DNA of 64,000 nt from Eledone cirrhosa (taxonomy: Eukaryota): positions 35,402,001 through 35,466,000 of the forward strand of contig OZ024748.1 of NCBI GenBank assembly GCA_964016885.1, written 5' to 3'. Numbering within the stretch: position 1 is the first letter of the stretch; each line of letters starts with the position of its first letter. The notes beneath the pieces were generated by a model, which saw nothing but the letters and a program-made list of their open reading frames with translations, was not told where the DNA came from and ran no database searches. Positions 28,421 to 42,300 of the stretch are shown here, piece after piece. The position numbers were made by a program, and so were the translations under genes.

Positions 28421-31400
28421 TCTTCTGGTTTTATAATTTCACAAAGTTTTCCCAATAGAGAGAGAGAGAGTCGGTTTCTAACATAGACACAAGACACTCT
28501 CATTGGAATTTACACGACATCAACTAGGTAGATTATGTATGCATGTCTGCATGTGCAGATATGGATGTTATTGTATGTGTGGATGTGTATGTTTTGAGTT
28601 GTATGTGTGCATGTGTATGTGCTTTGTATCTGTACATGTGTATATGCAGTTATTAGATGCAACATTTTTGGAATGTTTTACATATTTTTACTGTTCCATT
28701 AATGGATTGTACTTGTAATTTCCTAACTAGTTGTGTTCTTTCTGTTCCTGTGAAGCCTAGCTTCTCAAGATTTGTATTGAGGCAGTTACTAACATACCAA
28801 TAATCACAGGCATAAATCTGAAGGTGTAATCAGGGTGGAGTATCTGCAGATTTCTCATCAGTTCTGCATAAATATTCTCCTTTTTGCTAATGTTTGATAT
28901 TATATTGGCATCTGCTGGGCAGCTAATTTCCACTACTGTGCATGCTGTCTTCTCCCTGTCCCATATCATAATATATGGTCTGTTATGCCTGCCTTTTATT
29001 GGGGTTTTTACTGGAACATTCCACCAGTACTCTTTCATATTATGTACGTGGATGTCTCCCACATTGCTGTAGATTTTAATGTGTTTATTATCGGGGCTAT
29101 CTTTTTTACGAACTGCATTGTACAGTGTTTTGGCCACTACACCATGCCTCATAGGTAGATAGTACCGCGATGACAACTTTGGACAGCTGCTGATGACATG
29201 GGTGATATCCTCGATGTTAGTTCTGCAGAGTCTGCACTTGTTATCACATCTAGGTGTTTTGGCTGCATCCCTATCTCTTTTGTGAATCAGGTATTTCGTG
29301 TTAATCTCCTGTCCTTGGATTGCAAAAGCGTATCCTTCAAAGTGGGAGCCAATATAGCGGTTGTTGGTCCAATATAGACTACTTTCCTTATCTATATTAC
29401 TCTCACTCTGGAGCTTCCTGGCAACATATCCATGCATGATTTTTTGCTGATAAGCATGCAGTTTTTCATCCATGGATTCACTGCGATACTGCTGAGCGAC
29501 TTCCCTGGGTGTGAGTTTTTGATTATCACAAAGGGAATATCTCTCGAGGAGTTCCTTCCCAACTCTCATGATCTTATCTGTTTCATGCAGATAGACTTGC
29601 TCGAGAGACGGGCTCCTACGCTTCGAGGTTCGTAGATGTTGTCGGAGGGATATGATGCGACATTCAAATGCTGTTTGGACTGATGTTAGGCTTCTGCCTC
29701 CCTGCTTACGTTTCAAGTAAAGGCGGTCTATGTCACTGTTGATGTGGAAGTTTCCGGTGTTGTTTAGTATTTTTAGAGTTCCAACATCAACTGCTCGGAT
29801 TTCGTCTATCGTCCAATTGAGTATTCCAAACGTTGGTGTTAGGACAGGCACAGCAAGCACATTGTGAGCCACTGTTTTGTTTTGCGCAAAGAGTTCCGAT
29901 GACCAAATCTTTCTTAATCGGGTGTTATTACCTGGTTACGCGTTCCTTATTACAGATACCATTATAGGATATGTTCTCATCTATCTCCAGGTATCTGTAG
30001 CAGTCCTCATCAGATATCGGTGAAACAGTTAGGCCATTGATGACAATGTTGCTAGATTGGGTTGTTGTTTTTCCCCGCTTTACAGTCATGTATGAGCATT
30101 GATCTTGGCCAAACTCCATTCCTATATCCTTTGAGAACGTTATAACCAGGTCAAGATTTTTCTTCATCCCATCCATGTTCTTGGCATAAAGTTTCAGATC
30201 GTCCACAAAGAAATTATGGGTTAGGTTCGTGTTTCTGTCTTGTGAGCCAATGATGTATCCCTCACATTTCTTGAGCAGAAAGGACAAGGGGTTTAATGAA
30301 AAGATGAATAATATCACAGAGAGACTGTCCCCCTGAAATATACCCCTGCGATATTTTATTTTATCAGTGAAAATAGAGTCCTCCCTCTCTGTCTTTAACC
30401 TTAGGATAGTAGCCCAAGAAGAAGACAGCCTCTCTATGGCTCTGACAATAATGTCTGGGACTTTAGCAAGTTGGAGGGCCTCTATCATCCAACAGTGGGA
30501 AACAGAATCGAAAGCTTTCCTGTAGTCCAGCCAGACTGTAGCCATATTCCTCCTAAGTTATCCCACCTCCAACATCGCAGTTTTGTTGATTAGGAGTTGT
30601 TCAGCACATCCCCAAACCCCTTTCTTTCCAGCTGCTTGTTCATCTGTGATGATGTTATTATTTTCACAGTGATCTTGGTTCAGGCAGGCTGTATACATCT
30701 TATACATCAGGTTCTGGCATGCAATGGGTCGGTAGTTTTTTTGCCAAGTGGGTGTCTTTGTTCTTGGGGACCAGTAATGTTTGTGCTAATGTCAACCTTT
30801 CTGGTATAAGTGTATCTCCCTTAAGAACTTATTTGTAGAGGTCAGTAAGATACCTCCGATAGAATATTAGTTTTTTGTTCCAGTAGTCGACAATCATGTC
30901 TCTTCCTGGTGTTTTCTTATCTTGGAGTTTTCCTATCACAGTCTCAAGGGACCCTCACTTATTTCGTATGTTTTTGTTGTAGTGTAGGAGCAATAGTTCT
31001 TTCGGATTTCCCTTAGCCACACTGCATCTTGGTTGAAATTCTTCTTTTCACCCCATATTTTGCTCCAAAAGGAATCTATGTCTTTCTGGCACGGGGCCTC
31101 AGTGACACTTATTATTTTGTTCTTTATATCTCTATAGACTGATGCTTGGTTTTGTCTGAATCTTTTATTAAGCACTTTTCTCTCATCTACCATCTTCAGG
31201 TATCGGCGTTTTTCGCTAACAGCTCTCAATTCTTGTTTGAGGGTGATCAGCTTATATTGAAGAGTTCTGGTTCTACTGTTACCAAACATCGTCTCTATTT
31301 TATTTTTCACTCTTTGTTGGTGAGGAGTGAGGTTTTATTGTGTTTGTTTGCATGTAAGGAGAATTGTCACATATCCTATGTTTTTTCGTAGGTCAACAAT

Positions 31401-32524
31401 CTTTTTTTCTATTCCATATGATGGAATTTTTGGTCGTGTTCTGTTCTTGTTAATATCTCTGCTATCACCAAGATAATGCTTCACTGTCGTTGCTAAGACA
31501 TATAAACAGGCGTTGATTTGCCAAAATGTTGGGGTTTTTATCCGTCGTAAATATTCATCCCCTATTCCGTCAATAGCACGTAATATTTCATTATTTGTTT
31601 TTTTATTAAACATTGTCGTTTTAATTCGTTCAACAAGAGAGATATTTATACATGAATTCATTTCTCTCTGGAAGATTTCATTGAGCGAAATTTTCAATTG
31701 CTTATACTTTTGATTATTATCATTATCGATAGTATTTTCCACAACAGTCGAAGTAGACTCGGATGGTACACGTGGTGTCAAATTTCTTCGATTATTATTA
31801 TTATTTCTTCGATTATTATTATTATCGATAGTGTTTTCCCCAGCATTCGAGGTAGACTTAGATGGTACAGGTGATGTCAAGTTTCTTACAGGCATAGTTG
31901 TTTCAAGGCGCTGTTCGACCTGGCTTCTAGAAAGTCTAGTAGCATGGTGACCTGTAGCACGTGTTGTTCATCCCATGTTTGTTGTGGGGGACTTACAATT
32001 AATAATATCTATCTTATTTTTACGTTCAACAAACGTCGCTTGTTGGTGTAATTGTTTCGCTGTGAAATAATTTAGCTCTGGGTGCATTTTGTCCCAGTGT
32101 AGCTTCATTCTGTTCATATAGCCAATGGAGGGATTGTTTTTTGCCATTTTATAACAATTAAATAAATCATTATTAAGTTCGCAACTCCAAGAGAAATGCG
32201 ATTTATAATTTCGGTTTCTTCTGTCATTACAACTGAATAAAGTTTATTTACCTTTCTTGTTGTTTGTCTTCGATACTTCCTTAATTTTGTTGTTGATGTT
32301 GTGTTCAGCCATGCTGTTTATAGCAAATCCTTGTAAAATGAATTATGTATTTAGTCGGATATCTCTACGAATTCGAACAAAAGGTGTCTTCAGAAGGGAT
32401 AGTTAGAAGAATAACCAGTTATTCAACATGACTGTAGTTGTGGTATTACAGTCGGAGATAGTATTCATCTTAAATTTAATAAATAGTCTCCCATGCCAAA
32501 ATATGTGACTGATCGCGTTGACTG

Positions 32525-32525
<1 letters not shown>
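28421..32525 (-). mobile_element. Apparently full-length R4/Dong-type (restriction-like endonuclease) non-LTR retrotransposon, flanked by (TATG)n
   Basis: Single long disrupted ORF with 5' and 3' UTRs; (TATG)n at 28405-28420 and 32526-32625. Confidence 0.88.
28653..32312 (-). pseudogene. R4/Dong-type polyprotein: N-terminal domain, RT, CCHC knuckle and RLE (stops and frameshifts)
   Basis: N-term WSCELNNDLFNCY...GYMNRMKLHW...; RT WLDYRKAFDSV, GIFQGDSLS, FVDDLKLY, YRYL; CRLC...HVISSC; RH..V, NRP(Y)I...VVEISCP...K..Y (PD to PY change). Confidence 0.9.
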
Positions 32526-32556
<31 letters not shown>

Positions 32557-33439
32557 TGTATGTATGTATGTATGTATGTATGTATGTATGTATGTATGTA
32601 TGTATGTATGTATGTATGTATGTATGTGTTTGTATGTGTATATGTATGTATGTATATGTGTATATGTGTGTGTGTTTGTGTGTGTGTCCTTTCATGAGTC
32701 AAGACCCTTCTCTTCCTCACCCAAAATAAAGGTTTCAAGAAGACTTGACACGCTTCTGGAAGTCTGACCGTTAAGTAAATATATCTTTCAACTATAATGG
32801 TTTCTTTTCACAAATCTAGAGATTATTTTTGTCGTTATTAGAGGAGAGAGATAGAAGTTATAGTTGAACGTTCAGAAGACCCTTTACCCCATAATCTACC
32901 CTAATTATTTCCGGGTTCGCTGGGTTATTTCACCCATATCCTGCGTCTTTTAACTACATTTATAATAATCCCATATTTTCATATTAATTAGAAGGTCGTT
33001 AGTGAGTTAGGTTTTACATCATCTTCTGGTCCTTGGGAGAATTTAGCGAGGTCCATTCTACGTATTACATGGTTGAAAGTATGCAGGTCATTGTCTGTAT
33101 AGGTCTGTATATAGTGACTTATGTGTACACAGAGAAAACCTATAAAGAATGCTCGACATGTGTATAGAGTTACACTGAAGGAGGTTGATAAGTTCAAGTA
33201 TTTCAGGTTCGTTTTCACGAGTTGAGGAAGGAACGAGGCTGAATTAGATGCAAAGATTTCAGAAACTGTTTAGAAATCCCTTGGGTATACTATACCTATA
33301 ATTCAAAGGGCCATCATTGTTATACACAGATGCTGAATCTCCCTGAGAATTACACTAAGTGTTCACGTGGCTGTGGAATGTCCAGTCCTAAATCAGTTGT
33401 AGTACCTCCCGAGTTTCCATTTGTTCTTTATAAATATAT

Positions 33440-36330
33440 TCTAACTTTATGTCTAACTTCTCTATAAAACTGTTCTAACTAAGTCTAACTTCACTATAAA
33501 ACTGTTCTAACTATGTCTAAATTCACTATAAAACTGTTCTGTCTAACTTCACTATAAAACTGTTCTAACTATGTCTAACTTCTCTATATAACTGTCCTAA
33601 CTATGTCTAACTTCTCTATAAAACTGTTCTAACTATGTTTAACTTCTCTATAAAACTGTTCTAAGTATGTCTAACTTCTCTATAAAACTGTTCTAACTTT
33701 GTCTAACTTCTCTATAAAACTGTTATTACTATGTCTAACTTCTCTATAAAACTGTGCTTATTATGTCTAACTTCCCTATAAAACTGTTCTAACTTTGTCT
33801 AACTTCTCTATAAAACTGTTATTACTATGTCTAACTTCTCTATAAAACTGTTATAACTATGTCTAACTTCACTATAAAACTGTGCTTACTATGTCTAACT
33901 TCTCTAAAACTGTTCTAACTATGTCTAACTTCTCTATAAAACTGTTCTAACTATGTCTAACTTCTCTATAAAACTGTTCTAACTTTGTCTAACTTCTCTA
34001 TAAAACTGTTCTAACTATGTCTAACTTCTCTATAAAACTATTCTAACTATGTCTAACTTCTCTATAAAACTGTTCTAACTTTGTCTAACTTCTCTATAAA
34101 ACTGTTCTAACTATGTCTAACTTCTCTATAAAACTGTTCTAACTTTGTCTAACTTCTCTATAAAACTGTTCTAACTATGTCTAACTTCTCTATAAAACTG
34201 TTCTTACTATGTTTAACTTCTCTATAAAACTGTGCTTACTAAGTCTAACTTCTCTATAAAACTGTTATAACTATGTCTAACTTCCCTATAAAACTGTTCT
34301 AACTATGTCTAACTTCTCTATAAAACTGTTCTAACTATGTTTAACTTCTCTATAAAACTGTTCTAAGTATGTCTAACTTCTCTATAAAACTGTTCTATGT
34401 CTAACTTCTCTATAAAACTGTTCTAACTTTGTCTAACTTCTCTATAAAACTGTTCTATGTCTAACTTCTCTATAAAACTGTTCTAACTATGTCTAACTTC
34501 TCTATAAAACTGTTCTAACTATGTTTAACTTCTCTATAAAACTGTTCTAAGTATGTCTAACTTCTCTATAAAACTGTTCTAACTTTGTCTAACTTCTCTA
34601 TAAAACTGTTATTACTATGTCTAACTTCTCTATAAAACTGTGCTTATTATGTCTAACTTCCCTATAAAACTGTTCTAACTTTGTCTAACTTCTCTATAAA
34701 ACTGTTATTACTATGTCTAACTTCTCTATAAAACTGTTATAACTATGTCTAACTTCACTATAAAACTGTGCTTACTATGTCTAACTTCTCTAAAACTGTT
34801 CTAACTATGTCTAACTTCTCTATAAAACTGTTCTAACTATGTCTAACTTCTCTATAAAACTGTTCTAACTTTGTCTAACTTCTCTATAAAACTGTTCTAA
34901 CTATGTCTAACTCCTCTATAAAACTATTCTAACTATGTCTAACTTCTCTATAAAACTGTTCTAACTTTGTCTAACTTCTCTATAAAACTGTTCTAACTAT
35001 GTCTAACTTCTCTATAAAACTGTTCTAACTTTGTCTAACTCCTCTATAAAACTGTTCTAACTATGTCTAACTTCTCTATAAAACTGTTCTTACTATGTCA
35101 AACTTCTCTATAAAACTGTGCTTACTAAGTCTAACTTCTCTATAAAACTGTTCTAACTATGTTTAACTTCTCTATAAAACTGTTCTAAGTATGTCTAACT
35201 TCTCTATAAAACTGTTCTACGTCTAACTTCTCTATAAAACTGTTCTAACTTTGTCTAACTCCTCTATAAAACTGTTCTAACTATGTCTAACTCCTCTATA
35301 AAACTGTTCTAACTATGTCTAACTTCTCTATAAAACTGTTATTACTATGTCTAACTTCTCTATAAAACTGTGCTTATTATGTCTAACTTCTCTATAAAAC
35401 TGTTCTAACTTTGTCTAACTTCTCTATAAAACTGTTATTACTATGTCTAACTTCTCTATAAAACTGTTATAACTATGTCTAACTTCACTATAAAACTGTG
35501 CTTACTATGTCTAACTTCTCTATAAAACTGTTCTAACTATGTCTAACTTCTCTATAAAACTGTTCTAACTATGTCTAACTTCTCTATAAAACTGTTCTAA
35601 CTATGTCTAACTTCTCTATAAAACTGTTCTAACTTTGTCTAACTCCTCTATAAAACTATTCTAACTATGTCTAACTTCTCTATAAAACTGTTCTTACTAT
35701 GTCTAACTTCTCTATAAAACTGTGCTTACTAAGTCTAACTTCTCTATAAAACTGTTATAACTATGTCTAACTTCTCTATAAAACTGTTCTAACTATGTCT
35801 AACTTCTCTATAAAACTGTTCTAACTATGTTTAACTTCTCTATAAAACTGTTCTAAGTATGTCTAACTTCTCTATAAAACTTTTCTATGTCTAACTTCTC
35901 TATAAAACTGTTCTAAGTATGTCTAACTTCTCTATAAAACTGTTATATGTCTAACTTCTCTATAAAACTGTTCTAACTTTGTCTAACTTCTCTATAAAAC
36001 TGTTCTAACTATGTCTAACTTCTCTATAAAACTGTTCTAACTATGTCTAACTTCTCTATAAAACTGTGCTTACTATGTCTAACTTCTCTATAAAACTGTT
36101 ATAACTATGTCTAACTTCTCTATAAAACTGTTCTAACTTTGTCTAACTTCTCTATAAAACTGTGCTTACTATGTCTAACTTCTCTATAAAACTGTTCTAA
36201 CTATGTCTAACTTCTCTATAAAACTGTTCTAACTTTGTATAACTTCTCTATAAAACTATGCTTACTATGTCTAACTTCTCTATAAAACTGTTCTATGTCT
36301 AACTTTATGTCTAACATTATGTCTAACTTC
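33440..36330 (+). repeat. 32-bp tandem satellite ATGTCTAACTTCTCTATAAAACTGTTCTAACT, about 90 units
   Basis: Period 32 (e.g. 33921 to 33953), with 28-bp and 30-bp variants. Confidence 0.97.
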
Positions 36331-36444
36331 TGTTGAACAATATATTTCTACGACTGTTCACATGTTCAGATCATTGTGTCTAGTCCCGTCTGATAACATT
36401 TTACATAGCTTTTCATAGGAACATCCCATTATATGAGGGAAGTT

Positions 36445-36637
36445 GATTATCAGAGTCGTTAGAGCGTCGGACAATTTGTAGCAGTATTTGTTCTGGCTCT
36501 TTACATCCTGAGTCCCCCCAGGCCAAGTGTGCCTTTCATCCTACTAAAATAAAGTACCAGTCATGCACTGGGATCAATATAATTAACTTCCCTTTCTCCC
36601 AAGATTTGATGGCCTTGTACCTAAATTAGAAATGATT
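36445..36637 (+). mobile_element. Decayed family A SINE
   Basis: CGTTAGAGCGTCGGAC...GCCTTTCATCC...AATAAAGTACCAG...GGCCTTGTACCTAAATTAGAAATGATTA. Confidence 0.7.
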
Positions 36638-36858
36638 ACATGATACTACAGTTGAGTATTACCTCCATATCCCATTAAGAGATCGTCAAAACGAGAGTTA
36701 ATAGAAAGGTTTCAGTATTCTCAGCGGCCCTTTATAGGTTACTTAACCCTAGACAAACACAACTTCACTGAAAGGAATTAACTAGAAAAGAAAAATAGAA
36801 GAAAAAACAGATTCGTCGAGGATTTGAAAAGCTGGGAATAGTTTAATAGTTAACAGCA

Positions 36859-38913
36859 GTGAGAGTGGAGGTGAGAGTGGCGGTTTGAGTGGTGGTGTGA
36901 GTGGTGGTGAGAGTAGTGGTGTGAGTGGTGGTGAGAGTGGTGGTGAGAGTAGTGGTGTGAGTGGTGGTGAGAGTGGAGGTGTGAGTGGAGGTGAGAGTGG
37001 AGGTGAGAGTGGTGGTGAGAGTGGTGGTGAGAGTGGTGGTGAGAGTAGTGGTGTGAGTGGTGGTCAGAGTGGAGGTGAGAGTGGGGGTGTGAGTGGGGGT
37101 GAGTGGTGGTGAGAGTAGTGGTGTGAGTGGTGGTGAGAGTGGAGGTGAGAGTGATGGTGTGAGTGGGGGTGTGAGTGGTGGTGAGAATGGTGGTGAGAGT
37201 GGAGGTGTGAGTGGTGGTGAGAGTGGAGGTGAGAGTGGGGGTATGAGTGGTGGTGACAGTGGCGGTGTGAGTGGTGGTGAGAGTGGTGTTGAGAGTGGTA
37301 GTGTGAGTGGTGGTATGAGTGGAAGTGAGAGTGGAGGTGAGAGTGGTGGTGAGAGTGGTGGATTGAGTGGAGCTGGGAGTGGTGGTGAGATCGGAGGTGA
37401 GAGTTGGGGTGTGAGTGGGGGTGTGAGTGGTGGTGAGAGTGGTGGTGTGAGTGGGGTGTGAGTGGAGGTGTGAGTGGAGGTGAGAGTGGGGGTATGAGTG
37501 ACCGTGAGAGTGGAGGTGAGAGTGTGGGTGTGAGTGGTGGTGACAGTGGAGGTGTGAGTGGTGGTGAGAGTGGTGTTGAGAGTGGTAGTGTGAGTAGTGG
37601 TGTGAGTGGAAGTGAGAGTGGAGGTGAGAGTGGTGGTGAGAGTGGTGGTGTGAGTGGTGGTGTGAGTGGTGGCTAGAGTAGAGATCAGAATGCTAGTGTG
37701 AGTGATGGTTTGAGTGCAGTTGGGAGTGGTGGTGAGAATGGAGGTGAGAGTGGTGGTGTGAGTGGTGGTGAGAGTGGTGGTATGAGTGGAGGTGAGAGTG
37801 GAGGTGTGAGTGGTGGTGTGAGTGGTGGTTAGAGTGGTGGTGTGAGTGGTGGTGAGAGTGGTAGTGAGAGTGGAGGTGGGAGTGGAGGTGGGCGTGGAGG
37901 TGTAATTGGTGGTGTGAGTGGAGGTGAGTGTGGAGGTGTGAGTGGTGGTGACGGTAGTAGCACCTCAACTACTATCATCACCACCACTACCACAACCACC
38001 ACCACCAACACCACCACCACCACCATCACCACCACCACCAGCACCAGGACCACCACCACCACTACCACCACCACCAACAACAGCACCAACATTAACACCA
38101 CCACCGCCAAAACCACCAACACTAGCAAGACCAGCACCACCAACACCAACACCACCACCACTACCACAACCACCACCACCACCACCAGCAACAGGACCAC
38201 CACGACCACCACCACGACCACGACCACGACCACTACCACCACCACCACCACCACCAGCACACCGCCACCAAAATCAGCACCACCACCACCACCAGCACTA
38301 GCACCACCACACTAGCAAAACCACCACCACCACCAGCACTAGCACCACCACCAGCACTAGCACCACCACACTACCACCACCACCACCACCACCACACTAC
38401 CACCACCACCACCACCAAGATAATTATGATCATCATCATTAAGCGTTCGTGATAATAAAACCCATCATCGCTATGCTTTGATATGTATGTATATCTAAGT
38501 ATGTGTATATATGTGTGTGTAAGTATGTGTATATATGTATGTGTAAGTATTGATATATATGTGTGTGTCAGTATTAATATATATGTGTGTGTATGTGTGG
38601 ATATGTATGTGTATGTATCTGTATGTATGTTTGTATATGTATGTATGCGTATGCAAGTGTATGTGTATATGTATGTCTGTATGTGTGTGCATGTGTATAT
38701 GTTTGTATATATATTTGTGTATATATGTGTATGTATATGTATGCTTGTATGTCTTTATGTGTATATATATATGTGTATATATATGTGTATGAGTGTCTGT
38801 ATATATGTGTATGAGTGTGTGTTTAGATGTGTATGTGTATATATGTGTATTTGTATATATGTGTATGTGTATATGTGTATGTGTATATATGTGTATATAC
38901 ATGTATGTGTATA

Positions 38914-38946
<33 letters not shown>

Positions 38947-39030
38947 GTGTATATATATGTATGTGCATATATATGTATATATATGTGTATATATATGTGT
39001 GCATGAGTGTGTGTATATATGTGTATGTGT
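36859..39030. repeat. Composite: 12-bp GGTG(A/T)GAGTGG(T/A) array, (ACC)n, 65-bp linker, (TG/TA)n
   Basis: 12-mer 36859-37950, ACC-rich 37960-38417, linker 38418-38482, TG-rich 38483-39030. Confidence 0.92.
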
Positions 39031-39170
39031 GAGGTATTTAGACCAGTTCGTGTCATCAAGGATTAGTATGAGATAGGAAGGTAATCTCCTAACTCTCTTT
39101 TCTACTTTACTAGTTTTCTTTATTAGTTTTCATGGTCTCATGTGCTACACAAACTGTACTTTAATTAGTA

Positions 39171-39395
39171 GGAGTGGCCTAGTGGTTAACATATCAGGTA
39201 AGTAACCACCTGAACAGTAGTTCTAATCATAACTACTATATTGTAGCATGCGTCTGGGCCAGCGATCTCTCAAGTCACTTGGTCTATCTTGTTAAACATA
39301 GCTATCCCCGAGTAGGTAGTTGTAGATAGCTACCCTCGGATAGAAGTATCTAGATTATTTAATCTATACCTTGTGTTCCAGCCACCACTATGATA
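39171..39395 (+). promoter_or_regulatory. tRNA-like (Pol III A/B-box) SINE-like leader directly upstream of the 24-bp satellite, copy 1
   Basis: TGGCCTAGTGG at 39175-39185, TCAGG/CCTGA stem, AGTTCTAATC at 39219-39228, hairpin at 39302-39343. Confidence 0.5.
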
Positions 39396-42300
39396 TGTAC
39401 CATTAAAGACACGGTGTCTTGTCTCATTTAAGACAAGGTGTCTTGTAACAATAAAGAGATGGTCTATGGTACCATTAAAGACATGGTGTCTTGTACCATT
39501 AATGACATGGTGTCTTGTACCATTAAAGACATGGTGTCTTGTCCCATTTAAGACATGGTGTATTGTACCATTTAAGACATGGTGTCTTGTACCATTATAG
39601 ACATGGTCACTTGTACCATTAAAGACTTGGTGTCTTGTACCATTAATGACATGGTGTCTTGTACCATTAAAGACATGGTATCTTGTCCCATTTAAGACAT
39701 GGTGTCTTGTCCCATTTAAGAGATGGTGTCTTGTACCATTAAAGACATGGTGTCTTGTCCCATTTGAGACATGGTGTCTTGTACTATTAAAGACATGCTG
39801 TCTTGTCCCATTTAAGATGTGGTGTCTTGTACCATTAAAGACATGGTGTCTTGTCCCATTTAAGACATGGTGTCTTGTACCATTAATGACATGGTGTCTT
39901 GTACCATTAAAGACATGGTGTTGTCCCATTTAAGACATGGTGTCTTGTCCCATTTAAGACATGGTGTCTTGTACCATTATACACATGGTCTCTTGTACCA
40001 TTAAAGACTTGGTGTCTTGTACCATTAATGACATGGTGTCTTGTACCATTAAAGACATGGTGTCTTGTCCCATTTAAGACATGGTGTCTTGTCCCATTTA
40101 AGACATGGTGTCTTGTACCATTAAAGACATGGTGCCTTGTCCCATTTGAGACATGGTGTCTTGTACTATTAAAGACATGCTGTCTTGTCCCATTTAAGAC
40201 GTGGTGTCTTGTACCATTAAAGACATGGTGTCTTGTCCCATTAATGACATGGTGTCTTGTACCATTAAAGACATGGTGTTGTCCCATTTAAGATATGGTG
40301 TCTTGTACCATTAAAGACATGGTCTCTTGTACCATTAAAGACATGGTGTGTTGTACCATTAAAGACATGGTGACTTGTACCATTAATGGCATGGTGTCTT
40401 GTACCATTAAAGACACGATATCTTGTACCATTAAAGACATGGTATCTTGTAGTATTAATGATATGGTGTCATGTACCATTAAAGACATGGTGTCTTGTAC
40501 CATTAAATATATGTTGTCTTGTAACAATAAAAACATGGTCTCTTGTACCATTAAAGACATGGTGTCTTTTACCTTTAAAGACATGATGTCATGTACCATT
40601 AAAGACATGGTGTCTTGTATCCTTAAAGACATGGTATTTTGTACCATTAAAGACATGGTGTCTTGTAACCTTAAAGACATGGTGTTTTGTACCATTGAAG
40701 TCATGGAGTCATGTACTATTAAAGACATGGTGTCTTGTACCATTAAAAACATGTCATGCACCATTAATTATCTGGTGTCTTGTACCATTAAACACACAGT
40801 GTTTTGTACCATTAAGGACATGGTGTCTTGTAAATTTTAAAGACACAGTGTCTTGTACCATTAAAAAAAGGTGTCTGGTACCATTAAAGACACGGTGTCT
40901 TGTAACCTTAAAGACACGGTGTTTTGTACCATTAAAGACATGGTGTCTTGTACCTGTAAAGACACGGTGTCTTGTACCATTAAAGACATGGTGTCTTGTA
41001 CCATTAATGACATGGTGTCTTGTATCATTAAAGAAATGGTGTCTTGTAACATTAAAGACATCGTGTCTTCTACCATTAAAGACATGGTGTCTTGTACTTT
41101 TAAACACACAGTGTCTTGTACCATTAAATACATGTTGTCATGTACCATTAAAGATACGGTGTCTTGTAACCTTAAAGACATGGTGTCTTGTACCATTAAA
41201 GACACGGTGTCTTGTACCATTGAAGACACGGTGTCTTGTCCATTAAAGACACGGTGTCTTGTACCATTAAAGACATGGTGTCTTGCACCATTAAAGATAT
41301 GGTGTCTTGTACAATTATGAAAAACATTGTGTTTTGTACCATTAAAGAAATGGTGTCTTGTACCATTAGAGACACGTTATCTTGTAACATTAACTACACG
41401 GTGTCTTGTAACATTAAAGACACAGTGTCTTGTACCATTAAAGACACAGTGTATTGTACCATTAATAACATCGTGTCTTGTAGCGTTAATGACATGGTGT
41501 CTTGTACCATTAAAGACATGGTATCTCCTACCATTAAAGACACAGGGTGTTGTACCATTGAAGCTATGGTGTCTTGTACCACGAAAGACATGGTGCCTTG
41601 TAACATTAAAGAAATCGTGTCTTGTACCATTAAGGAGATGTGCTGTTGTACCATTAAAGACACGGTGTCCTGTACCATTAAAGAAACGGTGCCTTGTATC
41701 ATTAAAGACACGGTGTCTCGTACCATTAAAAACATGGTGTCTGGCACCATTAAAGACATGGTGTCTTGTACAATTATGAAAAACAATGTGTTTTGTAGCA
41801 TTAAAGACACCGTGTCTTGTAACATTAAAGACATGGTGTCTTGTAGTATTAATGACATGGTGTCTTGTACCATTAAAGACACGGTATCTTGTACCTTTAA
41901 AGATACGGTGTCTTGTAACATTAAAGTCACGGTGTCTTGTACCTTTAAAGATACGGTGTCTTGTAACATTAAAGACACGGTGTCTTGCACCATTAAAGAC
42001 ACGGTGTCTTGTACCATTAAAGACATAGTGTCTTGTAGTATTAATGACATGGTGTATTGTACTATTAAAGACATGGTGTCTAGTACCATTAAAGACATGG
42101 TGTCTTGTACCATTAAAGACATGGGGTCTTGTACCATTGAAGACATGGTGTCTTGTATAATGAAAGACATGGTGTCCTGTAACATTAAAGAAATCTTATC
42201 TTGTACCATTAAGGAGATGTGGTCTTGTACCATTAAAGACATGGTGTCTTGTACCATTAAAGACATGATGTCTTGTACTCTTAAATACATAGTGTCTTGT

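Noticed and set aside
32988-33218. 76-aa minus ORF as a host exon or GIY-YIG fragment
   Set aside because: No recognisable motif or splice context.
36859-37950. Telomere-like G-rich array
   Set aside because: No TTAGGG or TTAGG units; degenerate interstitial 12-mer.
39171-39240. Bona fide tRNA gene
   Set aside because: No clean cloverleaf or acceptor stem and an imperfect T-loop; kept only as a tRNA-like leader.
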